A program made the position numbers and the translations under genes. The notes under the pieces were generated by a model, which saw only the letters and a list, made by a program, of their open reading frames with translations, was not told where the DNA came from and searched no databases. Shown here in pieces: positions 35,447-45,088 of a stretch of 53,990 nt of DNA (positions are counted from its first letter, which is position 1; every line of letters starts with the position of its first letter). Source of the stretch: a virus (Duplodnaviria; Caudoviricetes); the IMG/VR virus record IMGVR_UViG_3300036766_001883, positions 1-53,990 of that record. One strand, given 5' to 3'.

Positions 35447-36852
35447 GAGCCAAAGATCTAGGACGTGTCTGTATCTGGCAGGATGATCCACCCGATGGTC
35501 CCGCTTGCGGCAAGGAACGGGTTGGCAAATCACTCTACTGCGGAGAGCATGCTCCGCTCTTCAACGCCGCATACCAGGCGCGTCTGCGGGCGGAAGCAGA
35601 GGCCTCTGCGGAGGCACCGCCTGCGGTGCCAACGACGAAGCCGCAGGTCGGCAGCATGCTTGATTTCTCAAACCTCGAGCCGGGAATTTACCAGGTGGCC
35701 AGCCCGGACGAGGTCCAGGCCCTCGAGGCGGCCGTCACGCTGCGCGAGGGCGAACATTTCTGGCCCATCAAGGAGCGGAAACCCAAGCCGGGGACCGACC
35801 AGTGGGAGGATGTCATAGTCGGACTGCAGTGCAACACGGCCGGCCTGTCCCTCCAGGCCGAAATGCTCGGGGTGCGCATCGTGCCGCGGATCGCCGACCA
35901 GACCTCCCGCTATGTTCTCGCCGAAGCCACGGCCTTTCGGTTGGACAGCGCCGGAATCCTGACCGTCTATCGGCGCAGCAAAGAGTACGACATGGCGGCG
36001 GAACTGTTCCGAGCGGCCCTGAAGAAGATCCCGAGAGCGACGAGGGCGGCGCCAGGGCAGAAACCCACGGAGGAACAGACGACGGCCCTGGCGACGATCG
36101 TGAGTGAAGAGACCGCCCTGGCGCTGGTGAAGACTCTGCCGGGAGGGGTTCAGGCCGAAGTGCTGCTCGCCCGGATGGAGGTCCAGGATCACCGCTTGGG
36201 CCTCTGCCAGACGAAGGCGGAGAACCAAGTGAAGCGAGAGTTCATCCGCCGCTGCGGCGGGGTACTCAAGGCGGACCCCGGCTTCAAGGAGATGACCGTC
36301 AAACTGCAGCGCGTGGTCCTCCTGCGGAAGGTCACGGCCGAGCAGGCGGCGGCCGCCGCAGAGGCCCTGTTCGGAGGGGCCCGGCGGGTCAAGGCCGAGG
36401 TGATCGAGCCCGCGGCGGAGGAGCCGCGGAAGGCGGACAATGGCAGCCACTCTGCTGCCCAGGCAGTGGATGCGCAAGCCGTCCCGGCCGAGGAGGCGAC
36501 GGCCGAGCAGGAAGCCGAGGATGCGGCGATCGTCGGGGATCAAGTCGCCGGGGAGGAAGGAGTCCACGACGACGACCGGGACGAAGAGCCGCTCCCGGGC
36601 TCGTTGCCGCCGAATGACCAACCCGCACGGGATGCGGTTCGCGGGGCCGCAGGGCCGCCGGACCAGGGCGAACCGGCAAGCGCCGACTTGCCGATGGAGG
36701 GGCCGGTTACCTGCGCCGACTGCGGCGGGGACGTGCCGGACAATGTGGTGGCATTCTGCCAGAGCGCGCGAGGCAGGCAATTGTTCCAGGGCGCGATCGT
36801 GTGCTTCAAGTGCCAGGAGAAGCGGCGCGTCCATAAAGGCAGCCAGGCATGA
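35443..36852 (+). CDS. Putative ssDNA annealing/recombination protein with C-terminal Zn finger
   Basis: RBS AGGAGG; precedes sbcDC; acidic linker; CxxC..CxxC tail. Confidence 0.45.
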   Translation: MRAKDLGRVCIWQDDPPDGPACGKERVGKSLYCGEHAPLFNAAYQARLRAEAEASAEAPPAVPTTKPQVGSMLDFSNLEPGIYQVASPDEVQALEAAVTLREGEHFWPIKERKPKPGTDQWEDVIVGLQCNTAGLSLQAEMLGVRIVPRIADQTSRYVLAEATAFRLDSAGILTVYRRSKEYDMAAELFRAALKKIPRATRAAPGQKPTEEQTTALATIVSEETALALVKTLPGGVQAEVLLARMEVQDHRLGLCQTKAENQVKREFIRRCGGVLKADPGFKEMTVKLQRVVLLRKVTAEQAAAAAEALFGGARRVKAEVIEPAAEEPRKADNGSHSAAQAVDAQAVPAEEATAEQEAEDAAIVGDQVAGEEGVHDDDRDEEPLPGSLPPNDQPARDAVRGAAGPPDQGEPASADLPMEGPVTCADCGGDVPDNVVAFCQSARGRQLFQGAIVCFKCQEKRRVHKGSQA

Positions 36853-38090
36853 AGATCGCATTTGCGGGCGATTGGCACTTGGGGGCGCAGGGCAGCCGCC
36901 TGGATCCCGAGACTGGGCTGAATGCGCGGCTCGTGGACCGCGCACGCTGCGCGCAGTTTGTCGCTAAAGAAGCGGTCGGCCAGGGCGCGGAGATCCTACT
37001 GCACGGGGGCGATATCTTCGATGGCTGCCGGCCCAGCCCGAGCGAGGTCCGGCTGGCGCGGGACATCATCAGTATGGCGACCTACTCGCGCCTCCCGACC
37101 GTGCTCCTGTTGGGCAACCACGATGGCCCGCGGTCGCCCGCGGAGAAACACGCGCTCGATCTGCTCGGCGACATGGGTCGGCTCACCATCGTTGACTCGC
37201 CCCAGGTCCTTTATTTCCGCGAGGTCCAGACCGAGCAACGGAACTTGGCGCTCGAGTGCGAGGCGGACCAGGCGGACCTGCAGATTGCCTGCTTGCCGTG
37301 GCCTAACAAGCAACTACTTCTCGCCGGCGATCAGTATCGCCGACTGAGCCCCGGCGACCTCAACCAGGTCGTGCGCGAAAAGATGCTCGAGATTGCGCAG
37401 GGCCTGGCGGACTCGCGCCTGCCCGGGGTTCCGTCCATCCTGCTCGGACATTTCTCCCTCGATCTCGCGGAGGCGGGCGGAATGAGCCGGCTGATGGTGA
37501 TGGGAGGAGAATGGACCCTCCCGATCGCCGAGATCCAGGGGCTGAACTTCGATGCGGTCCTTCTGGCGCACATCCACAAACCGCAGGCCTGGATGGACGG
37601 CGGCGGCCGTCGCCTCGTTGTCTACTGCGGATCGACAGAGGCGATGGGCTTCGGGGAGGAGGGCGAGGAGAAATCCTTCTGCCTCCTGGAGATGGCGGGC
37701 GCGGGACCGGCGGCCAACGTCGCCTTCCAGCGGATTGCGACTCCCTTCAGCCGCTTTGTGACGATCGAGATCCAGGGGCCGACAGTCAACCTGTTCACGG
37801 AGGAGGTCGCGCGGGCATCCATCCGAGTTCGACTGCCCGAGGCGATGGCGCACGAGGCGGGGCCGATTGCAAAGACCCTCGAGGAGGCTGGAGCCAATGA
37901 AGTCCGGATCGAAGTGGTCCGCGCGGAAGCCACTCCGCATCGGGCCACCGAAGTATCTGAACAAATGGCTGTCGCGGAAGCGATCCAGGCGTGGCTCAAA
38001 CAACGGCCGGACCTCGAAGCGCTGACGGCCGACGTGATGGCAGAGGCGGAGCGGCTGGAGGCGGACACGGGACAGGGGCGTGCCATATGA
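36849..38090 (+). CDS. sbcD: SbcD/Mre11-like nuclease
   Basis: GDWHLG, GGDIFD, GNHD, GH, HIHKPQ, YCGS metallophosphoesterase motifs. Confidence 0.92.
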   Translation: MKIAFAGDWHLGAQGSRLDPETGLNARLVDRARCAQFVAKEAVGQGAEILLHGGDIFDGCRPSPSEVRLARDIISMATYSRLPTVLLLGNHDGPRSPAEKHALDLLGDMGRLTIVDSPQVLYFREVQTEQRNLALECEADQADLQIACLPWPNKQLLLAGDQYRRLSPGDLNQVVREKMLEIAQGLADSRLPGVPSILLGHFSLDLAEAGGMSRLMVMGGEWTLPIAEIQGLNFDAVLLAHIHKPQAWMDGGGRRLVVYCGSTEAMGFGEEGEEKSFCLLEMAGAGPAANVAFQRIATPFSRFVTIEIQGPTVNLFTEEVARASIRVRLPEAMAHEAGPIAKTLEEAGANEVRIEVVRAEATPHRATEVSEQMAVAEAIQAWLKQRPDLEALTADVMAEAERLEADTGQGRAI

Positions 38091-40387
38091 ACCCGCGCAG
38101 ACTGACACTAGAGAACTTCCGGTCTTATAAGGGCGAGCACGTCCTCGATCTGGCGGGCGTGAACCTGATGGTGCTGAGCGGACACAACGGCGCGGGCAAG
38201 AGCACGCTGATCGAGGCGATCAGGTTCGCCCTCTACGGCCATGCGGCCGGCGGCCTCGATGCCGTCATCAGGCACGGGGAGGAGCGCTGCCGCGTGGAGT
38301 TCGCCTTCGACTTAGGCGAGGACACCTACCTGGTGAGTCGCCAGCGCAGCAGCCGGGGATCCGGCACGACGCTGCTCTCATTCCAGATGAGCAATGCGGA
38401 CGGCGCCGCCATCCTGGACGGCAAGACGGCAACCGAGACCCAGACGAAGATCGAGGGGGTTCTGGGCATGGACGACGATCTCTTCGCCGTCACAGCCTGC
38501 GCCAGCCAAGGCAATGCGGCAGCCTTCAGCCAGGCGAAACCGGCCCAGCGGAAAGATGTGCTCGCCGAGATCCTCGACCTGGAGGCATGGGAGCGGCGGG
38601 CCAAGCGTGGTCGCCAGGTCCACGCCGACCTGTCGGCTCAGACTGAGGCCGGCCGGGCGCGGCTTTCAGAACTGCTCGAGCAAGCAAACCAGATCGAAAT
38701 CATTGCCGCCGAGATCGCGCGCCTGCTGGCAGAGCAGCGGCAGCGCGAGGAGGCTATCGCCGCGAAGGAATCAGAACTGAGTGAAGCACAGGAGGCGCGG
38801 GCGAACATTGTCCGCGACCAGGAAGCCGACCGCGCCCGGCGGGCCGAGCTGGCGGACGTGGAGAAGCGGCTTCGGACTCTCGACCAGGTCATCGGCGAGG
38901 CCGCAACCCGCGCCAGGGGCCTGCGGCAGGCCGCCGCCGGCAAGCCGAAGATTGTGGCCGACCTGACGGTCGCCGAGGGAGCGCAAACGGCGGCCCAGGA
39001 GATGGAGGCCACCCGCCAGGAAGACGTGAAACTGCAGCACCAGGCTGAACTGGCGCAGCAAGAGTATGTGGCGGCCCTCAATGAGCACAAACGTGAAATC
39101 GAGAACCTAACGCGGCGTGTGGGCGACGGCAAGCGGGCGCACGCGCGAGATATCGAGGCTCTCACGGAGCGGATTCGGGGACTGCGGCGACAGACCGAAG
39201 TGCTGGAGAAGGTGCCGTGCACCAGGTTGCCTGACATCGGCCCTGATTGTGATGCCGTCACCGATCATTTCATGACGAATCGCTGCCCGCTCCTCGCTCA
39301 GGCACACGAGGCCTCGGAAAAGCTAATTGGGCTGGACGATCAAGTCAACCATCTGGGGGAAGAGCACCCGTGGGCGGAAGACGAGGGGCGGCTGAAGCAT
39401 CTACTGAGTCTCGCGCCGGGCGCGGAGCAGAAAGCCGCCGTGGCCGATCTGGCCAAGTGGCGGGCCGCCCTGGGCTACGATGCCAAGGCGCACGGCGAAG
39501 TGAAGACCAAGGCGACGGCGGGTGCGAAACTCCGGGATGCGCTCAGCGCGGCTGAACGGGCGGAGGCGCAAGCACTAGAGGTCGAGAACGGCCTGGCCGG
39601 CCGGCAAGTCGACCGGGAGGATCTCGAGGCAACCCGGGGCAACCTCGCGCGAGACTTGGGGCCACTGGCCCGGTGGGACGATCTCCTGGCCGCCACCGGC
39701 AGGCAGATCGGCGCAGTCCAGACAGCCCTCGGGGGACTCCAGCAATCGCTGCGGCTGATCGAACAGCAACGGGGCGGGGGTGAGCTGCAACTGAGCCAGG
39801 CGAAGCGGGCGCGGGAGCAGGCGGCAGAACTCGCGGACGAGTTGTCGGCATCGGACCGGCGCCTGCGGGCGCTCAAGATCCTGGTGGAGGCGTGCAGCAA
39901 GGCCGGCATCCCGGCGCTGCTCATCGAGCGCGCAGTGCCCGATCTCGAGACGGCGGCGAACGAGGTGCTGAGCCTGCTGAGCGACGGCCGCATGGCGCTG
40001 CGACTGCGCAGCCAGCACGAGACGAAGACCGGCAGCCTGCAGGAGACGCTCGACATAATCGTTGCAGACGAGAGCGGCGAGTGGCCTTACGAGGGTTATT
40101 CGGGCGGGGAGAGGATGAACGTAGATCTCGCGATACGCGTGGCACTCTCGACCCTGCTGGCGCATCGGGCCGGGGCCCGGTGCGAGTTGCTCGTACTTGA
40201 TGAGACCGCTGCGCCGCTCGATGACAACGGCAGGCTTCTATTCGTCGAATCGCTCCAGCGGGTCGCGGATCGTTTCGGCTGCATCCTGGTCGCCACGCAC
40301 GTCGCGGAGCTCAAGGATTTGTTCCCGTTCCGCTGCGAGGTGACCAAGGACGCCGACGGCAGCCACGCGGAGGTGATAGCGGCGTGA
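38087..40387 (+). CDS. sbcC: SbcC/Rad50-like SMC ATPase
   Basis: LENFRSY, Walker A GHNGAGKS, coiled coil, YSGGE, LVLDE, VATH. Confidence 0.92.
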   Translation: MNPRRLTLENFRSYKGEHVLDLAGVNLMVLSGHNGAGKSTLIEAIRFALYGHAAGGLDAVIRHGEERCRVEFAFDLGEDTYLVSRQRSSRGSGTTLLSFQMSNADGAAILDGKTATETQTKIEGVLGMDDDLFAVTACASQGNAAAFSQAKPAQRKDVLAEILDLEAWERRAKRGRQVHADLSAQTEAGRARLSELLEQANQIEIIAAEIARLLAEQRQREEAIAAKESELSEAQEARANIVRDQEADRARRAELADVEKRLRTLDQVIGEAATRARGLRQAAAGKPKIVADLTVAEGAQTAAQEMEATRQEDVKLQHQAELAQQEYVAALNEHKREIENLTRRVGDGKRAHARDIEALTERIRGLRRQTEVLEKVPCTRLPDIGPDCDAVTDHFMTNRCPLLAQAHEASEKLIGLDDQVNHLGEEHPWAEDEGRLKHLLSLAPGAEQKAAVADLAKWRAALGYDAKAHGEVKTKATAGAKLRDALSAAERAEAQALEVENGLAGRQVDREDLEATRGNLARDLGPLARWDDLLAATGRQIGAVQTALGGLQQSLRLIEQQRGGGELQLSQAKRAREQAAELADELSASDRRLRALKILVEACSKAGIPALLIERAVPDLETAANEVLSLLSDGRMALRLRSQHETKTGSLQETLDIIVADESGEWPYEGYSGGERMNVDLAIRVALSTLLAHRAGARCELLVLDETAAPLDDNGRLLFVESLQRVADRFGCILVATHVAELKDLFPFRCEVTKDADGSHAEVIAA

Positions 40388-40626
40388 GCAAGCTCGAACC
40401 GATCTGCGCGAAGTGCAAGCGCACGATGGTGTGCGCGAAGAATAACTTCCTGGTCGCTGATCCTGCAAGCGGGGATTTTCCGAGCACCTACTGGTACGGC
40501 GACAAGTGGGATTGCCCAGGGTGCGGCGCCGAGATCGTCGTTGGCTTCGGCGGGCCGCTGGCGCGTCCCACATTGGACCCGAACGAGCAGCCGCTGGTCT
40601 TTGACTACAAAGGCAGGGAAGCATGA
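40384..40626 (+). CDS. Small zinc-ribbon protein
   Basis: CAKC..CPGC; coupled to sbcC. Confidence 0.65.
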   Translation: MSKLEPICAKCKRTMVCAKNNFLVADPASGDFPSTYWYGDKWDCPGCGAEIVVGFGGPLARPTLDPNEQPLVFDYKGREA

Positions 40627-40934
40627 GCGACCAGGCAGAGGGACCCGTGACGGCGCTCTGCGTCCGCGCGGGCGAGGAGTCGCCGCCCGTGCCCTCTCAC
40701 AAGGAAGCCTGCGCCCGCTGCGGTCTCGATGTCTGGGTTGAGGATGCTCTCCAGCATGATCGCGCGATCTGCACATCATGTGCCTCCCTGGTCGTCCCGC
40801 TGGATGCGCCGGTGATACTCCATCCGACCCAGATCGCGGCATTGCGCAGGGTGGGGTTCAGCGATCGGCGGATTGCGCGCGCGTTCGCGGAGGCGCTCGC
40901 GCACATGCGGCGGGAGAGGCTGGGGATCAACTGA
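40623..40934 (+). CDS. Small zinc-finger protein
   Basis: CARC..CTSC; ATGA overlap. Confidence 0.6.
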   Translation: MSDQAEGPVTALCVRAGEESPPVPSHKEACARCGLDVWVEDALQHDRAICTSCASLVVPLDAPVILHPTQIAALRRVGFSDRRIARAFAEALAHMRRERLGIN

Positions 40935-40953
40935 TGCGCTACTGGAGGTTTGC

Positions 40954-41334
40954 ATGAGGGCCAACTCGCGAGTGAAAAGAGACCAGCGGGTTAGGCGCCG
41001 GCGCGGTTACGTCCGGGTCCAGTTCATTGGAGCTGGCCATAGGGCCGATGGATACGTGGCTTACCTGACCGACCACCAGGCGCGGGAGATGGCGCGGCAG
41101 TTGGAAGGCCGGCCGAAGCCGCTGTTGCCGACCTCGCGGGAGGTTTACAGGCTGATGCTCGAGGGTCTGCACGGTCACCCTGACCTCTGGCTCTCGTTGT
41201 TGCCGGAAGGCATTTACAGCCAGGGCCTTTCTCTTGCCGAGACCAAGCGGCGGGTGCGGCGCTGGCGGAAGGGCGCGCTGGATGAAGCGTTCCTGATTCA
41301 CACGCCGACCTGCAAGTTCGGCGGAGGTTGCTGA
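40954..41334 (+). CDS. Hypothetical protein
   Basis: RBS GGAGG. Confidence 0.55.
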   Translation: MRANSRVKRDQRVRRRRGYVRVQFIGAGHRADGYVAYLTDHQAREMARQLEGRPKPLLPTSREVYRLMLEGLHGHPDLWLSLLPEGIYSQGLSLAETKRRVRRWRKGALDEAFLIHTPTCKFGGGC

Positions 41335-41470
41335 TGGCACCAGTTGGCGAGGGCGGGCATGTGCAAGTTGATGCCTCCTGCGAAGATGCTGAGACTGGCC
41401 GCCCCGTCCTCGCCTCGTCTTTTGGAATGGGGAGTGTAGAGAGATTGGCGGGCGGGAAAGGAAAGGAGCG

Positions 41471-41767
41471 ATGATGGAGGTCATGTTCTCAGCGAAGGTG
41501 CACGACGTGAATGTCAAGGTCGTGGATGTGGGCAAGGACGCATTGCCCACCATCACCGTGAACCTGGTCAACCGAGGCACGGAGTGTATCGCCGACGCGC
41601 AGCAATTGCTCAACCTGCTGGGCAAGCGCGTGGTCGTCACCCTGGTCCAGGAGCAAGGCGACCTCCCGTTCGAGCATGATCAACAAGAGCCGGGCAGCAC
41701 AACCGCCACGCCGGGAGAGCCTGCCGGCGAATCCAGGACGGGCACCGAGGAAGGGAACCCGGACTGA
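41471..41767 (+). CDS. Hypothetical protein
   Basis: RBS AAGGAG. Confidence 0.6.
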   Translation: MMEVMFSAKVHDVNVKVVDVGKDALPTITVNLVNRGTECIADAQQLLNLLGKRVVVTLVQEQGDLPFEHDQQEPGSTTATPGEPAGESRTGTEEGNPD

Positions 41768-41961
41768 TGAGCAGGCCGATCCCACCCTGCCGGTTCTGCG
41801 GGAAGGACCTGCGGCGTGCCGCTGCGCGGATCATCGTTGATGAAGGCCCGCGCGGGGCGCGGAAGCGCTGGGCCTGCTGCGCGGAGGCCAAGTGCTTGAT
41901 GAAGTTCGCGGCCGCGGGTTCGCAATCTCCGAGATCAGCGCACCTCCAGGCAGAGGCATGA
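41767..41961 (+). CDS. Small Cys-rich protein
   Basis: TGATG coupling; CRFC..CC..C. Confidence 0.45.
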   Translation: MSRPIPPCRFCGKDLRRAAARIIVDEGPRGARKRWACCAEAKCLMKFAAAGSQSPRSAHLQAEA

Positions 41962-42455
41962 TCGAGATCGCACTCTATTTTGACGGGCTCTGCGAGCCGA
42001 TCAACCCGGGGGGCGTGGCTGCCTATGGTTGGTGCTACGAGCGGGATGGCGACCTGCTGGCCACCGGACGGGGCATCGCAGCGGCGGGGCCGCTCGCCAC
42101 CAACAACGTTGCCGAGTGGAGCGCTCTGATCGAGGGTTTGAAAGGCTTCGAGCGCGCGCTGTGGATCGGCGGGCTGACAATGTCGAGCCAGGATTGCGCC
42201 CTGGTCGTGCACGGCGACAGCCGACTGGTCTGCGAGCAGGTTGCCGGCAAGTCGAAGGTCAGGGCTGTCCATCTGCGGCCCCTCTGTGAGAAGGCGCAAT
42301 GCCTGCTGCCACCGCGCGCACGCGTCGAGTGGGTTCCGCGCGAGCGGAACGAACTCGCGGACAACTTGTCCCGCCTGGCATACCACGAATGGCGGGCGCA
42401 GAACCCGCGGCTTGCCGCCGATATGGATGCGGACACGGCGAGGAGGCGGGGATGA
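41958..42455 (+). CDS. rnhA: Ribonuclease HI family protein
   Basis: YFDG..NPG, TNNVAE, GDSRLV..Q, WVPRERNELAD. Confidence 0.88.
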   Translation: MIEIALYFDGLCEPINPGGVAAYGWCYERDGDLLATGRGIAAAGPLATNNVAEWSALIEGLKGFERALWIGGLTMSSQDCALVVHGDSRLVCEQVAGKSKVRAVHLRPLCEKAQCLLPPRARVEWVPRERNELADNLSRLAYHEWRAQNPRLAADMDADTARRRG

Positions 42456-42727
42456 GCGCCACGGTCCTCGAGCTCGAGATCGTCACGGAGGGCGGGGCCC
42501 GCTGGTTCGAGTTTACATGGACCGGCGATGCCGTGGAGTGGCGCGAGGCGCTCGATGCGATCAAGGCCTCGGTCCCGCCCGAGGCGCGGCAGTTCGATCC
42601 GGAGACGAAACGATGGAAAGTCCGCGAAGATTATGAAGCTCCTCTCTCGAGGATCTTCAACAACTTCGACACGTTTCTCGATTCCGTTCGCAGTCAGCTT
42701 TCGCTTTTTCCCGAGGAAGGAGCCTGA
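42452..42727 (+). CDS. Hypothetical protein (HARP-like motif)
   Basis: IKASVP..RQFDPETKRW; RBS GGAGG. Confidence 0.55.
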   Translation: MSATVLELEIVTEGGARWFEFTWTGDAVEWREALDAIKASVPPEARQFDPETKRWKVREDYEAPLSRIFNNFDTFLDSVRSQLSLFPEEGA

Positions 42728-42728
42728 G

Positions 42729-43022
42729 ATGAGATGGCAAGCGCTGGTAGGTGCGCCATGCTGGGCGCTGGCCCTGGCGGGGGTTGCGGGTGGGCTCGGC
42801 CTCATCGCCTGGGGTGGCCTGCGGGCCATGCGGGCGGCCGAGCTCGAGCGTTGTCCTCCGTCGCCAATCGAGCTACGACGCCTGCTGATGGCATCAGAGG
42901 CCGGGCGGCTGCGGAGGAGCGCGCGGCGGATCTGCTGCGCGAGCGCGGCAGTGCTGGTGGTGGCGGCGCTGCTGGCGATGGCGAGCAGCAGGCTGTTCGC
43001 CACGGCGATCCGGCCTCCCTGA
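42729..43022 (+). CDS. Two-TM membrane protein
   Basis: RBS AAGGAG; two hydrophobic segments. Confidence 0.5.
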   Translation: MRWQALVGAPCWALALAGVAGGLGLIAWGGLRAMRAAELERCPPSPIELRRLLMASEAGRLRRSARRICCASAAVLVVAALLAMASSRLFATAIRPP

Positions 43023-43053
43023 GCGCGGTAAACATTACAGAATAGTGCCAAGA

Positions 43054-43173
43054 CCGTGACAGAGCGGTGACAATCCGTGACAGAGCGGTGACGAACTGGT
43101 GACAGAAACGGTCTTGCTCCTCGCGCGCGCGCGCGTTGAAGACTCAGACTCAGACTCAGACTCAGACTCAGAC
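43054..43173. repeat. Putative replication origin: GTGAC iterons, (CG)n and (GACTCA)5
   Basis: CCGTGACAGAGCGGTGAC twice plus GGTGACAG, about 10.5-bp phasing; GACTCA x5 at 43141-43170. Confidence 0.65.
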
Positions 43174-43227
43174 AAGGAGGGCCCCCGCCGGCAGGGCGGG
43201 CCCTCCAGGTGAGAGAGGGATGGAAGG

Positions 43228-44094
43228 ATGACAAGGCAGGAAGGATGGTTCCGGGTCTATTCTGCGATTCTGGGCGACGCGAAGATTGCGCGGCTGACTG
43301 ACCTTCAGTTTAGGCTCTGGCTCTACGCCCTGGCCTTCTGCAACCAATCCCCCGGCCGACTGCGGCGGGGCGGGTTTCTCTACCACTCGCAAGGGTTCCC
43401 GGTCACGCCTGAGGATTTTGCTCGCCTGGTGCACAGGTCCCCGTCCAAGGTTACTCACGAGTTGGAGGCACTGACCAAGATCGGCGGCGACTCTCCGCTG
43501 ATGGCATGCGAGAAAGGAGTCTATCGGATCCCCGCATGGCGCAAGCGGCAGCACCTGTCCGATGAGGGCGACCTGAACGAGGATCCGACGGAAGGCGAGG
43601 GCGGTGGGGACGCGGCCGACGGCACAGCGAGAGCAGGGGAGTCCCCGGCCAGCGTCGGGCCAGGTGCCGCGACCCTGTGTTCCTGGTGCAGCAACCCGAC
43701 GCCGATCGGGGATGAGGCCAAGCCGGCCCCGCAGCGGCTGATGCAGGTGTATCACGACGCCTACCGCGCGCAGTACCGGGAGTGCCCGGTGCCCGTGGCC
43801 GCGGATTGGGCGGGCCTGAAACGCCTGCTCAAGCAGGGCAAGCCGGTCGAGCGCATCGCAGGAGTCATCCGCGAAGGAGTGACTTGCGAGGAGCCCTTCC
43901 TCGCGCGAACAGGGCACAAGTTGAGCGTCATCTTGAGCAATTATCAGGGCATTGCCCAGGCGGTAGATCGAGGTGAGCCATATGGAGCCAATCGGGCCCG
44001 AGGTAAAGAAACAACACGCAGACATAGTCCGCAGGACGCAGGCGACCCGCGAGATTCTGGACGAATGGTCCTGCGACGCCGAATGGAAACCTGA
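43228..44094 (+). CDS. Phage replication initiator
   Basis: WFRVY..ILGDAKIARL..FRLWLYAL N-terminal wHTH; upstream of the DnaC-like gene. Confidence 0.75.
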   Translation: MTRQEGWFRVYSAILGDAKIARLTDLQFRLWLYALAFCNQSPGRLRRGGFLYHSQGFPVTPEDFARLVHRSPSKVTHELEALTKIGGDSPLMACEKGVYRIPAWRKRQHLSDEGDLNEDPTEGEGGGDAADGTARAGESPASVGPGAATLCSWCSNPTPIGDEAKPAPQRLMQVYHDAYRAQYRECPVPVAADWAGLKRLLKQGKPVERIAGVIREGVTCEEPFLARTGHKLSVILSNYQGIAQAVDRGEPYGANRARGKETTRRHSPQDAGDPRDSGRMVLRRRMET

Positions 44095-44794
44095 TTGCGA
44101 GCGGTGCGCAGGACCGCGGGGCTTGATCTCGATGGAGCGCGCGGGCCAGCGGCTGCGCGTGGCTTGCCCGCTGCGGCGGGATGCGCTGCTGTGCCGGCTG
44201 GCGCGGCTGGACAGGGACCGCGCACTGCACGAGCGCCGGCGGTGGATGCGGGATGCGGCGATCCCACCGCGGTATCGCGGGGCAGATATCGAGCGCGTGG
44301 CACCGCAGGTGCGCGAGGATGTTCGGGCTTACCTCGACCGCCTTGCCGAGCACACTGGGAAGGGGCACGGCCTGGTGATCACGGGCGATACGGGGGTCGG
44401 AAAGTCCTCGGTCATGGGCCTGGTGGCGGACCGCGCGTGCGAGCTCTCGATGACGTCGGTCCACTGGGCCCACGCGACGGACATCTTCACGGCCGTCTGC
44501 GACCGCGACACGGAGGAGGGCAGGCAGTTATGGACTTGGCGGACCTGCCGCCTGCTGCTGGTGGATGAATTTGCGGGGGCATACATGCACGCCTTTCCGC
44601 TGGGCCGTTTCGAGGCATTCATGGAGGCACGCCACGGGCAGGCTCTCACCACGTGCCTGACGATGAACCTGCTGGTTGAGGATCTCGAGCGCGCCCGGGA
44701 GATCGCCCGGCTGGTGGACCGGTGGGGCCAAACGTGTTACGTGCTCGAGATCCGAGGCCCGTCACAGCGGCAGCCGCTGGAGGGCACACCGTGA
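43973..44794 (+). CDS. DnaC/IstB-like AAA+ helicase loader
   Basis: CERC..C, IPPRY, GDTGVGKS, LLLVDE. Confidence 0.85.
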   Translation: MSHMEPIGPEVKKQHADIVRRTQATREILDEWSCDAEWKPDCERCAGPRGLISMERAGQRLRVACPLRRDALLCRLARLDRDRALHERRRWMRDAAIPPRYRGADIERVAPQVREDVRAYLDRLAEHTGKGHGLVITGDTGVGKSSVMGLVADRACELSMTSVHWAHATDIFTAVCDRDTEEGRQLWTWRTCRLLLVDEFAGAYMHAFPLGRFEAFMEARHGQALTTCLTMNLLVEDLERAREIARLVDRWGQTCYVLEIRGPSQRQPLEGTP

Positions 44795-44799
44795 GAGAT

Positions 44800-44839
44800 C
44801 GCATGGCAACGCAGGGCATGGCATGGCGAGGCTTGGAAG
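44800..44839 (+). repeat. Intergenic 5-nt-periodic GGC-NN tract (8 units)
   Basis: CGCat GGCaa CGCag GGCat GGCat GGCga GGCtt GGAag. Confidence 0.7.
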
Positions 44840-44857
44840 CAGATCCCAAAACGGAGG

Positions 44858-45088
44858 ATGCCAACAATGGCCGAGCCGATGCAGATCGCGATCACCGAGG
44901 CAGAGGCGATCGCAGTACTCGAGTGCACGCTCGCCGCGCTGCGAGGGCCGGAGGGCCGGGGGCCGTGCGCCTCACTCGCCAAGCGGTGGGCGGGAACCCT
45001 GGCGAAGATGCTATTGGACCGGGGGGTGATTCCGGCTGCCACTGCGGACGAGTGGCAGCGAGAACTTCTGGGCGGTGGATCCGCATGA
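44858..45088 (+). CDS. Hypothetical protein
   Basis: RBS GGAGG; start 44858 or 44867. Confidence 0.5.
   Translation: MPTMAEPMQIAITEAEAIAVLECTLAALRGPEGRGPCASLAKRWAGTLAKMLLDRGVIPAATADEWQRELLGGGSA

Noticed and set aside
35668-36945. Long minus-strand ORFs here and opposite other genes (e.g. 3643-4818, 9763-10959, 42035-43234, 45661-46947)
   Set aside because: Shadow frames of high-GC coding genes, lacking motifs and RBSs
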